A program made the translations under genes and the position numbers. From Polyangiales bacterium (lineage in GTDB: Bacteria > Myxococcota_A > Polyangia > Polyangiales > Houyiibacteriaceae): a stretch of 27,540 nucleotides of DNA. This document shows positions 18,915 through 27,540 of the stretch, in pieces; position 1 is the stretch's first letter; every line of letters starts with the position of its first letter. The notes under the pieces are model-generated. The model was not told where the DNA came from. It worked only from the letters and a program-made list of their open reading frames with translations, and made no database searches. The stretch is taken from NCBI GenBank assembly GCA_045106895.1, contig JBGCFM010000059.1:1-27540 (forward strand), read 5' to 3'.

Positions 18915-21900
18915 GCGAGTTTCTTCCCCACGTTGAACGACTCCTCGCCGCCGCCGCGTCGCCCAAGAGCACGAAGCTTCTCTTCGGAGGTTTTCGCGAC
19001 GCCGACGTCGACACGTCTGAACTTCATGTCCTTCGCCTCCCACAACTCGAGGCGCTGCCAGCGGTGGCGATGCCCTCCGCCGTCACCTCCCTGCTCTGGC
19101 TGAGTGAAGAGCGAGCGATCGCCGGCACCAAGTCCGGCACCCTCGTGCTCCTCGAAGTAGGCACGTCGGCGCGCATTCTGTCCGCTCATGAAACCTCGAG
19201 CGCAGCCATCACAGCGCTGGCCTACGAGCCAAACGCCCAGATGCTGGCAGCCGTCAGCGAAGACGGGACATTGCGCATCTGGACTGTGAATGGCGACACG
19301 CTGAGCGCCATTGCAACTCGCGCATTCGGCGCGAGACAGCTCCGTGCGGTGGCCTTCGACCCCCGCGGCGAATGGCTCGCATGCGGCGGGGACTCGGGCG
19401 TCGCCCACCTTCTTCGCACCTCCGCCACGGCTTCGGAATCGCGCGACATCGATGTCGACGCAGGCGTCGGCGCACTGCTCTTCACCGGCGAAGGCCGCGT
19501 GGTCATCGGTTGCGCAGATGGCTCGGTCCGTCTCGCGTTCATCGAGGGCGCCGCCGAATCCGAGAATCGCGCGAAGGGCGCCCAGCACGAGCTTGCCGTG
19601 CGCGCCCTCGTCATGGGGCCTCAACTTCGCGACGTGGCAGAACGTTTGCTCCCTCGGCGACTCTTCTCCCTCGGGGAAGATGGGACACTGAAGTCCTGGG
19701 ACCTGGACTCACGTCGTCGACCCAAGACCGAGTCCGTCGGCTCCGGCGCCCAAGACATGACGTGGATGAGTGGCGCATCGGACACAGCCGGTTCCCTCGT
19801 CGTCGTGAGCAAGAGCCGGCGCCTCAGCGTTCATGGCCTCAACGTCGAACAACAAGTCAGCAGCAAGCGTCAGTTCTCGTCGAAGCTCGACCAGCTGAGT
19901 GAGAGCGTCAAGGGCGGCAGCCAACAGGCCCGGCTTCTCGCCCTCGACCACATCAGCGCCCTTGCCGAGGACGAAGCGCGCAAACTCATCGATGCCGCGC
20001 TGCTCAACGACAAAGACGAAGAAGTACGGAGCAAAGCCGCAGCCCAACTCTCTACGCGTCGGCTCAGCCGCCCTGCACTGCGCCAAGCCCTCGACGACAA
20101 AAACGAGTACGTCCGCAACGCGGCACTTGAGTCGCTCACGACGCTCTCCGCGGACGCCCCACTCTCCGTGGCGCGGGCCGCCCTCGGCAGCAAACACACG
20201 GACATGCGCATCGCGGCGCTCGCTCGAATGCCCGCGTTGTGCGCGACGAGCCCCCTTGTCCCTGGCCTTGTTGCGCAGAGGCTCGCCGATGCCGACGCCA
20301 AAGTGCGCAGCGCGGCCCTCGATGCCCTCTACGCCATCGAAGGCAACGAGAGCACTCAGCCTCTCCGCGTAGCGTTCGCTCGCGGCGCAGCAGATGTCCG
20401 TAGAGACGCCCTCATTCGAACGAGCGGCGCTGGCATCGCTGCGACGAGCGCCGCAGACCTTCTTGAGTCCGCCCTGGATGACGAAGACGCCAACGTTCGC
20501 GAAACCGCGTTTGAGGTCGCCGTGGGCGCCCGCGCGGGTTTGTGCACAGTCCTCTCTCGGACTCCCCATTTCGCGAAGAAGATGAAGGCCCTGGGCGAGG
20601 CCGGCGGGCAGGTTCTCATGGGCGCCGGCAGCTTGAGCGCCGAAGAGGAACGCCAACCTCTATTCGCCGCGCTGAGTGCTCGCCACGTTGACACCGCCGT
20701 TCGCGGCGCGTGGGGTCTGAGCACGCTCGGTGACCCACGATGCGGCGGCGCCCTCCTCCAGCTCTCGCGAGACCCAGACGCCGGGGTTCGACGCAACATT
20801 ATCCTGCTAGCGCAGTACGCCATCAAGAACGCCGTCGTCGGAACAGCCCAGCTGCGTGGCCGTATCGAATGGTTGCTCAATGACGACGACAGCACCGTCC
20901 GTGCCGCCGCCTTCGACGCGCTGCTCTTCCTCAAGGGCAGTGAACCCGCGCCGGCCGAGGAGCTTGAGATCGCGCGCATCGCGCTGCGCGGCGTGCATCA
21001 AGACGTACGTCTTCGGGCGCTCCAAATCCTCGTCGGCTTCAACGCGGAGCAACCCTACGAATCCTACTTCCCTGACGCCGATCTTCTCCTTGGTGACGCC
21101 CTCGACGACGAAGACGCCCGCGTTCGCGACGAAGCCTTCCGCACCATGTGGGCGTGGTTTGCGGAAACGCCACAACGCGCGTTAGAGCGTGCGGCGCTGT
21201 GCCGACACGCCGACCTGCGCGAGCGAATCGTCCGAGAGACGAGCCGCCTCAAGGTCGAGAGCTGGGCCGACGCGCTCTTGCTACGACTGTCCGGTGACAG
21301 CAGCGGCAAAGTGGGCCTCCTCGCCTATAAGCAGCTCCTCGAAGTCGACGCCAATAAAAGGCGCGCAGACGTGCACGGAGCCGCCCTCGCGTCGGCGACG
21401 GCGGAGACACTCGTTCACGCCTGCAAACAAATCGACGCCGCTTCCTTCGTCGCGCATCGAAGCCGGCTTTTGGAACTCGTCGACGACACGCGCCCCTCGG
21501 TTCATCTCGCGGCCATCGAGTGCTTCGATCGGCATCGCCCGGGCGATGAGACCGCCTTCGCGCGTGCCTTCGGCTCTATCTTCTACAGCCTCCGCGTTCG
21601 CGCGATGGAGCTCTGTGGACGTCGCCGCGACGAACGATGTGTCGAGCCCGCCAAGTCGCTGCTCACGCTCCCGGAGACGGACTTCAACCGACCAAGTGAA
21701 GAACTACGACAGCGTATCGCCGGCGCCCTCGCCGATGTCGGGCAGATTCACGTCTCGTCTTTCTTCGTTCGGCTCCTCGAAGATACAAACCCTCTCGTCC
21801 GCGAAGCCGCCGCAAGAGGTCTCGCGACGGCGGCGCGCCCTGGATACGAGCAAGCGCTCGTCGATGCCCTCTCTCACGAAGACCTTCCCGTTCGCAGCTG

Positions 21901-24900
21901 GGTCGCCGAAGGCCTCGCGCGGCTTGGTGATGTTCGCTCGCTCCCAGTTCTCGCCGGCACCCTTGGCCACAACCATCGACCGATCCGCCTTGGCGCCATC
22001 ATGGGTTTCGCCGCCCTTGGTCCTGATGGCATCCGTGGACTGCTGTCCGGTCTCGACGACGTAGACCATGAGATCCAAGAGCTCGTCTTCGCCGTTATCG
22101 TGGCCCGCGACCTCGCGCTCGCCGAGGCCAGAATGCCCGCGGACCTCCTCCTCAGCGCGCTGAGTTCGACGGACCCGGAGATTCGTTTCAGCGCCGCTGG
22201 CTTCCTCGAAGCGCGCCTCGCCGGAGAATCCCGCGGTGCAGCACGCGAGCTCGTTGGGCCCAAACGCCCGGCGAAGGCTTCAGACCTCGAGCGATGGCCC
22301 GAGGACAGCGAGCAGGAAGCACTCCTGAACGTGCTGATTCGCGCGCTCGGAAGCGACGACCCGATTCAGCGCTACGCGTCGACGCAGGTTCTCGCACTGC
22401 GGCCTAAGCCACTCTCGTTCTGGCGCGAGCTCGCTCGCCTTCGAGGACCATCGACCATCGGAACGCTGCGAATCCCGCACACCGGTTGGCCGGCCGAAGC
22501 GAAGCAGCCACAGAAGCGCGGCTGGATCCGCGCCCTGGTCCAAGGACTCCGCGGGGACGCGCCGGACTTGGAGCTCCAGCAGCTCGTCTTCGGCGTCTAT
22601 GCGGGCCTCGTCCGCTCCACGCCCAACGAAGGCGAGGCGGACACCACACAGCGCGTCCGACGCGACGCCCTCACTCGGCTCCAGCATCTCGCCGCGTTCG
22701 TCGGCGGCTACCCCGTGCTGCCCGTTCTCCGCCGAGGTCTCAACGACCCCAACCACCTCGTTCGAAAGTCCGCCGTCTCTGCTCTGCGGGGCCTCTACGA
22801 AGACAACGACCCAGCACCACTCTTGCTGATGCTCCAGTCGTCCGCAGCCGACGTCGGTAAGGTCGCCGTCGACGAACTCATCGCCGCCGCCTCTGGCGCG
22901 GACGGCGACGCGTCCAAGGCGCGCGCCATCGAAGCGCTCAACGCGCCGGAGCGTGATGTCCGCATGCACGCCCTCACAAGGCTCCCTACGCTCTACGACA
23001 AGGGTTCTTTGGAACCACTTCTGGCTGCCCTGGGAAGTCGGCACTCGGACGTTCGTCTCGCGGTTGTGGACCGCCTTGTTGGCTCCGCCGATCCACGCGT
23101 CGCAGACGCTCTCGGGAAAGCCATGGAGAGCGAGCACGAAGACCTGCAACTCAAAGCTGCAACACTCCTCGCGCAACGCGGCGACCGCCGAACCCTTGAC
23201 GTGCTCGCCGGCATGCTTCGCAGCGAACGTGAAGCACTCAGCAACGCTGCGACGAACGCTTTGGTCCAGCTCGCCACGAGCCGCGATATCGCCGAGGCAA
23301 AGCGCGCGGCGGTTCGCGATGACGTGACGAACGCCCTTGTGACTCGCTTTGTTGATGACCCCGACGCGACAGCGAACAAACGCGGCCTACTCCGTGCCAT
23401 CGCTCAGGCCGGGTCGACGGTGGCCAAGGACCTCCTCGTCGAGCTCATCGAAGGCGAGGATGCTGGACTCCGAAAGTCCGCCTTCGACGTCGCAGAATCC
23501 ATCGCAGCGTTCGGTCGACCGGTGCGAGAGAACGACGGCATTCGGCGAAAGAGCTACGACGAAGTCTTCTTCTTGGCGGTTGTCCGGGTCTGCATGGAAT
23601 CGACGCACGCGGACGTGCGCCAGCTTCCAGTGATGCCGCTGTGCAACATCGATGATCCAGCCGCTGACGGGCTGCTGGCGATTCTCGTGGACGACCGGAA
23701 CGCGGATGTTCGTATCGCCGCCGTCACCGCCCTCGCCTTCCGCTCCGAGCACGCTCCCGGCACCCTCGCCGTCGAAGCACTCTCCTCGGTGATCCGTGAG
23801 GGCAAACGCGAACTCGTGATGCGCGCCGCCGAAGGCTTGGCCAACGCGGGCCGCCGTGAAGCGTTCCAATCCACGCTCCTTGTGCTCAAGGCCGGCGAAC
23901 AACACGAGCGCCGCTCCGCGGTGAATTCCCTTGGCGTCCTTGGGGACCCCCGAGGTCTTGAGGAGCTTGAGTTCTTCGCGTATCCGGCGGAGGAGCTTGA
24001 GCCCGACGACAAGGACCTCAGCCCGCTGGCCGTCGAAGCATTGGCGCGGATGCTCCCGAAGCTTAGCGGCGAGGAGCAGACTCGTGTCCGCGACGCCGTG
24101 GAACGCTCCGCGCGCCAGGGCGGCGCTGCCGAACGACTTCGAGCGATCAGTGGCCTCGTTGCGAACGGCGACGCGCGCAGTCGAGCCTGCGTGGAGTCCA
24201 TCGCCGGCGACGCCTACGACGAGATCAGCGTGCGCACTCATTGCGTCAAAGAGATCGGCAAGTACCCGAACGAGGCATCCCTCGGCGTCCTGGAGGAAGC
24301 CATTGCGGACCGAAACTACGCCCTCGGGAATGAAGCCCTCACCGCTCTGCGCCGAACGCTCCCGGAAGATGAAACGCGGGTCAGTCTGATGGCTCTCCAG
24401 AGTCCTCACTCCGCGATACACGGGAAAGCCGCCGACTACCTCGCTCGCGAAGGAGCACCGGCGGCCATCGTAGAGCAGCTCGAGAAGCTTAAGGTCCGGG
24501 AGCTCCGGGCACGACTTCGCCGGGGGCTCATCCGCCGGAACCGCGAAACCCCCGGCGCCATTCCCGCCGCCGCCGTCGAGGCGCTTCTCTCAAGTGCCGT
24601 TGGCCCTCGCGCAGACGCTGCATGGCTGGCCCTCGAGTCCGGCGACGCTTCCCTTGGGCCGGCGGTCAAAGCAGCCCTCGAAGCGACAATTGGAGAAGTC
24701 CGTGCAGCACGCAACGAGCGTACGCCGCTCAGCACTGCTCTCCTCGAAGCCTTCCAAGCGACTCTTGCTGCCGCCACACACCTCAATGTCGACCTCGCGC
24801 CACTTCGAGATGTGCAATACGACGATGACGTTGGCGCGGACGCAACGGAAGCGCTGTTCCAACGGGAGCACTTCGACATGAACGAGCTTCAAGCCCACCT

Positions 24901-25381
24901 GAGTTCGCCTCGCTTCCGGGAACGCTTCCTCGCCGCAAGCGCGTTGGCCCGAAGAGCGCCACGCCAAAGCACCTCGCTGTTACGAGAGCTCAAAGCGCCC
25001 TCCGCCGCGGCGCTGGTCCCGCTGGCAAAAGCGGCCCTAAGCCAAGACCCCGAAGCCATCCTCGGCGACGCGAAGCTCCGGACTCTCGCGCTCCCCTCGA
25101 TCCTGCGCACGAAGCACAGCGCCCTTCTCGGACGCGCCACCGCGAAAGACAAGAGCGAGCGCCTCTCCGCGATTGCCGCCCTAGGGTATGCCGGCGACGT
25201 GGAAGCCATCGCCGCGCTCCAGAGCATCCTCGACGACGCGACTCAGAAGAAGGGCGGGCTCTTCGGCTTGGGCAAGAAGACCGAGGGCGAGAGCGACGAG
25301 ATTCGCGCCGCAGCCTTCAAAGCACTGCGAAAAGCGCAAAGACGATTGGCGCAGGCCAAGCGCTGGGAGGTTCAGCCGTGA
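18911..25381 (+). CDS. 2156-aa protein: N-terminal WD40 beta-propeller plus long HEAT-repeat solenoid; retron-associated
   Basis: WD40 blades (AHETSSAAITALAY...SEDGTLRIWT, GEDGTLKSWD) in the first ~320 aa. Many HEAT units follow: ALDDKNEYVRNAAL, LADADAKVRSAAL, LEDTNPLVREAAARGL, LNDPNHLVRKSAV. Confidence 0.88.
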   Translation: MSEFLPHVERLLAAAASPKSTKLLFGGFRDADVDTSELHVLRLPQLEALPAVAMPSAVTSLLWLSEERAIAGTKSGTLVLLEVGTSARILSAHETSSAAITALAYEPNAQMLAAVSEDGTLRIWTVNGDTLSAIATRAFGARQLRAVAFDPRGEWLACGGDSGVAHLLRTSATASESRDIDVDAGVGALLFTGEGRVVIGCADGSVRLAFIEGAAESENRAKGAQHELAVRALVMGPQLRDVAERLLPRRLFSLGEDGTLKSWDLDSRRRPKTESVGSGAQDMTWMSGASDTAGSLVVVSKSRRLSVHGLNVEQQVSSKRQFSSKLDQLSESVKGGSQQARLLALDHISALAEDEARKLIDAALLNDKDEEVRSKAAAQLSTRRLSRPALRQALDDKNEYVRNAALESLTTLSADAPLSVARAALGSKHTDMRIAALARMPALCATSPLVPGLVAQRLADADAKVRSAALDALYAIEGNESTQPLRVAFARGAADVRRDALIRTSGAGIAATSAADLLESALDDEDANVRETAFEVAVGARAGLCTVLSRTPHFAKKMKALGEAGGQVLMGAGSLSAEEERQPLFAALSARHVDTAVRGAWGLSTLGDPRCGGALLQLSRDPDAGVRRNIILLAQYAIKNAVVGTAQLRGRIEWLLNDDDSTVRAAAFDALLFLKGSEPAPAEELEIARIALRGVHQDVRLRALQILVGFNAEQPYESYFPDADLLLGDALDDEDARVRDEAFRTMWAWFAETPQRALERAALCRHADLRERIVRETSRLKVESWADALLLRLSGDSSGKVGLLAYKQLLEVDANKRRADVHGAALASATAETLVHACKQIDAASFVAHRSRLLELVDDTRPSVHLAAIECFDRHRPGDETAFARAFGSIFYSLRVRAMELCGRRRDERCVEPAKSLLTLPETDFNRPSEELRQRIAGALADVGQIHVSSFFVRLLEDTNPLVREAAARGLATAARPGYEQALVDALSHEDLPVRSWVAEGLARLGDVRSLPVLAGTLGHNHRPIRLGAIMGFAALGPDGIRGLLSGLDDVDHEIQELVFAVIVARDLALAEARMPADLLLSALSSTDPEIRFSAAGFLEARLAGESRGAARELVGPKRPAKASDLERWPEDSEQEALLNVLIRALGSDDPIQRYASTQVLALRPKPLSFWRELARLRGPSTIGTLRIPHTGWPAEAKQPQKRGWIRALVQGLRGDAPDLELQQLVFGVYAGLVRSTPNEGEADTTQRVRRDALTRLQHLAAFVGGYPVLPVLRRGLNDPNHLVRKSAVSALRGLYEDNDPAPLLLMLQSSAADVGKVAVDELIAAASGADGDASKARAIEALNAPERDVRMHALTRLPTLYDKGSLEPLLAALGSRHSDVRLAVVDRLVGSADPRVADALGKAMESEHEDLQLKAATLLAQRGDRRTLDVLAGMLRSEREALSNAATNALVQLATSRDIAEAKRAAVRDDVTNALVTRFVDDPDATANKRGLLRAIAQAGSTVAKDLLVELIEGEDAGLRKSAFDVAESIAAFGRPVRENDGIRRKSYDEVFFLAVVRVCMESTHADVRQLPVMPLCNIDDPAADGLLAILVDDRNADVRIAAVTALAFRSEHAPGTLAVEALSSVIREGKRELVMRAAEGLANAGRREAFQSTLLVLKAGEQHERRSAVNSLGVLGDPRGLEELEFFAYPAEELEPDDKDLSPLAVEALARMLPKLSGEEQTRVRDAVERSARQGGAAERLRAISGLVANGDARSRACVESIAGDAYDEISVRTHCVKEIGKYPNEASLGVLEEAIADRNYALGNEALTALRRTLPEDETRVSLMALQSPHSAIHGKAADYLAREGAPAAIVEQLEKLKVRELRARLRRGLIRRNRETPGAIPAAAVEALLSSAVGPRADAAWLALESGDASLGPAVKAALEATIGEVRAARNERTPLSTALLEAFQATLAAATHLNVDLAPLRDVQYDDDVGADATEALFQREHFDMNELQAHLSSPRFRERFLAASALARRAPRQSTSLLRELKAPSAAALVPLAKAALSQDPEAILGDAKLRTLALPSILRTKHSALLGRATAKDKSERLSAIAALGYAGDVEAIAALQSILDDATQKKGGLFGLGKKTEGESDEIRAAAFKALRKAQRRLAQAKRWEVQP

Positions 25382-27186
25382 CCCAGTCTTCCGCCTTTGT
25401 GGACATCGCATCCCGCATCGCCGAGCCGCTCATCGAGCAGCAGCCCGACGGCCTAACACTCACTCTTCCTCTCGACGCGGAACGCCCCGGCGCCGCGTTT
25501 GCAGCCACGCTCACGAAGCCGAGTATCCTTCGAGATGCCCTCGCAACGATGGGCGTGATTCACGCACAGGACTTGCGGCGCTCGGCAAGCGACCGCAGCG
25601 ACTACCTCTCCTTCCTGCTCAAGCAAGGCAAGAAGGCCACGAAGGAGCTCTGGGAAGCGCAGAAACGCTTCCTCGAAGAAAAGTACGCGGAGGCCGAAGA
25701 CGACGAAGGTGGCCTCGCGCCTGTGCTGACCGTCGATGAACGCGGTCTCGCCATCGAGGTCTTCTCCGCCGACGAATCGGCCTACGCGCGCTTGCACATT
25801 TCGCCGGACGCCTATGAGGCGAGTGAAGTCAGCGCGGGCACATCGCACGTGCCCCTCGGACCTGGAGTCATGGACGCTCTCGGACGCATCCGCTCGTATC
25901 GCCCCACCACTCTCAAGTTCGCACCACTCGAAGGGGGGGAGGCGAGCACCCGCAAGGTGCCGTACCGCTGGGCCCGCGCCTTCGCGCAAGTCCAAGCGGC
26001 CTCGACGCTTCCGGCCGCAACGTTCGAGCTCGCGCCCATCGATCTCTACAACGTTCTGCTGAGCTTGCGGACACAGAAGGCGAAGACCTCACCCCGCGCG
26101 CTCCGCTACGAGCTCGTCCCGGGGGAACCGCCGCGTCTTGTGCTCGAGCCGTGGGACCTTGTTCTGCAGGGACACGGCAGTGTCTACGAAGGCGAGCGAC
26201 CTCAAGTTGTTCGCACGTGGGGGCGCCGGCGCCTGCAGGCCCTCGCCGGGCTACTTCCGCACGCGAAGAGCGTTCGAGTCTCACTCGTCGGTGCCGGACT
26301 GCCCGCTTACTACACGGTGGATCTCGGAGACGCGACGCTCACTCTTGCGCTCAGCGGCTGGACCGAAGCAGGCTGGGCCGGCATCACCACCTTCGACGCC
26401 CTCGTCGCCGAAAGCGGTGACGATGTGCTCACGCAACGCGTCCTACAGACGCTTCGAGCGGCGCCCTCCACCATCGAAGCACTCACCGCAGCGACGGAAC
26501 GCTCAACAGACGATATTCGCCAGGCGCTTCTTACCCTGATCCAGCGCGGAACCGTGCTCCACGACGTCGCCACGACGCGTTTCGTTGCCCGCCCGCTCTT
26601 TGCCGAGCCCCTGGACGAAGCGCGCCTTCGTTTCCGCGATGCTGGCGAAGAAGAAGCGCACCGGCTCCTCGCTTTGGAAGGCGCGGTTCGAGTGACGAAG
26701 GTGCACGACCTCGCCGGCGAGGGCGTGCGTATCGAAGGAGAAGTCGAGGACGCACGCGCCCACCGCGTCTACAAGACCGCGTTCACCATCGACCGCGAGG
26801 GACGCACCCGCGAGCCAAGCTGTACCAGCGCGCAGTTTCGCCGCAGCCGAATGAAGGAAGGCCCAAGCGTGCCTATGCTGGCGCTGCGCATTCAGTACGT
26901 TCGTAATCGAGCAGCCCTCGAAGAAGCGCGAAACACTCCGGAAGGACGCAGATTGATCACCGCTGAAACACGCACTCTTGTCCGGCGTGAACGAGACGGC
27001 TCGACGACGCTCCGAATCTCTCTCGATGAAAAACGGGTCATTGTTCGGCGCGGCCGCGGTGTAGAGTTCGACCGGGTTCAGCAGCTCATATTCACGAGCC
27101 CAGACGACGCGCGGGACGAGTACTTCCGCCGCCTCGCGCGAGGCGCGACCCAAGGTTTCATCGACGCGTCTGACGCCGAGAACTGA
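25378..27186 (+). CDS. 602-aa retron-associated protein: N-terminal domain, winged-helix-like segment, degenerate SWIM motif, C-terminal WGR-like domain
   Basis: The GTG start overlaps the upstream stop (GTGA). PVLTV...EVFSADESAYARL motif. wHTH-like TIEALTAATERSTDDIRQALLTLIQRGTVLHD. SWIM-like SCTSAQFRRSRMKEGPSVPMLALR. WGR-like VIVRRGR...FTSPDDARDEY...QGF. Confidence 0.75.
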   Translation: MTQSSAFVDIASRIAEPLIEQQPDGLTLTLPLDAERPGAAFAATLTKPSILRDALATMGVIHAQDLRRSASDRSDYLSFLLKQGKKATKELWEAQKRFLEEKYAEAEDDEGGLAPVLTVDERGLAIEVFSADESAYARLHISPDAYEASEVSAGTSHVPLGPGVMDALGRIRSYRPTTLKFAPLEGGEASTRKVPYRWARAFAQVQAASTLPAATFELAPIDLYNVLLSLRTQKAKTSPRALRYELVPGEPPRLVLEPWDLVLQGHGSVYEGERPQVVRTWGRRRLQALAGLLPHAKSVRVSLVGAGLPAYYTVDLGDATLTLALSGWTEAGWAGITTFDALVAESGDDVLTQRVLQTLRAAPSTIEALTAATERSTDDIRQALLTLIQRGTVLHDVATTRFVARPLFAEPLDEARLRFRDAGEEEAHRLLALEGAVRVTKVHDLAGEGVRIEGEVEDARAHRVYKTAFTIDREGRTREPSCTSAQFRRSRMKEGPSVPMLALRIQYVRNRAALEEARNTPEGRRLITAETRTLVRRERDGSTTLRISLDEKRVIVRRGRGVEFDRVQQLIFTSPDDARDEYFRRLARGATQGFIDASDAEN

Positions 27187-27252
27187 CACTCCCTTTCCGA
27201 AGCAGCAACAAGAAGAAGAGGCCACCCACCAAGATATTCCGAGCACATATTC

Positions 27253-27540
27253 ACAGAACTTTTTCGACGTAGAGGAAGCTAGGAACCTGTCAGCCTGCCA
27301 TTTGGCAAGGGTGGCGCATCGCCGCCCGGGCGTAACATTCCAGCAACCTCCACAAGGTAGGCTGTTCGTGGTTGGCCTAAGGGGGAACACCCCCCGTCGC
27401 CCCCCTAGCTGGGTCAACCACGCATCCGCGGTTTAGGGGGGCGACGGGGGGTGTTCCCCCTTGGCCAACCGGTGAGCCTACCGTGTCCCGAGTGAGAAAG
27501 TGGCGGGGACCTGGTTCCCTCTACGTTGAAAGCGTTCTGT
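27253..27540 (+). ncRNA. msr-msd: Retron msr-msd non-coding RNA (Mx162/Sa163-like); 3' end may run past the window
   Basis: 27253-27292 pairs with 27501-27540 (30 WC, 6 G-U, 4 mismatches, no gaps). G27293 is unpaired in a UCAG*CCUG context. msr hairpins lie at 27296-27307 and 27309-27327, and the msd hairpin at 27356-27482. It sits directly after HEAT/SWIM genes. Confidence 0.88.
27356..27482. repeat. Long inverted repeat forming the msd hairpin
   Basis: Perfect 29-bp arms 27379-27407/27434-27462, one bulged T (27378), 8 bp at 27370-27377/27463-27470, an internal loop, then 8 bp GGTAGGCT/AGCCTACC at 27356-27363/27475-27482. Confidence 0.95.

Noticed and set aside
27187..27260. Sigma70-type promoter for the ncRNA in the AT-richer spacer
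   Set aside because: A promoter here is plausible, but I could not identify a convincing -35/-10 pair.
26503..27417. 304-aa minus-strand ORF covering part of the ncRNA
   Set aside because: It is antisense to the 602-aa gene, has no RT or other motif, and starts inside the msd loop.
27370..27470. Long hairpin read as a rho-independent terminator, MITE or CRISPR repeat
   Set aside because: There is no U-tract, target-site duplication or repeat-spacer periodicity. Its nesting inside the a1/a2 stem is better explained as msd.
16158..27540. Mobile element, prophage or diversity-generating retroelement explanation for the right-hand locus
   Set aside because: No integrase, transposase, phage gene, att-like repeat or TR/VR pair was seen, and the genes look as GC-rich as the rest of the window.

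Overview
High-GC bacterial DNA whose gene families point to a myxobacterium (inferred, probably Polyangiales/Sandaracinaceae-like). The left and middle parts hold an 8x IPT/TIG secreted protein, hutU-hutI plus a small ORF, two small hypotheticals, an orphan ParA with two N-terminal TRASH-like Cys motifs coupled to a small RHH-like gene, a 4x zinc-ribbon protein, several lipoproteins, two TPR proteins and a site-2 protease. The main result is the right-hand 11.4 kb. Three translationally coupled genes (918-aa helical protein, 2156-aa WD40+HEAT protein, 602-aa wHTH/degenerate-SWIM/WGR-like protein) are followed by an unannotated structured RNA at ~27253-27540 with retron msr-msd architecture: a >=40-bp a1/a2 stem, an unpaired G at 27293, two msr hairpins and a long msd hairpin. 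It resembles myxobacterial Mx162/Sa163 msDNA as I recall those sequences. This fits a type XIII (Mx162-like) retron system. The reverse transcriptase is not in the window and is predicted just past the right edge. All domain calls come from reading motifs by eye, not from database searches.
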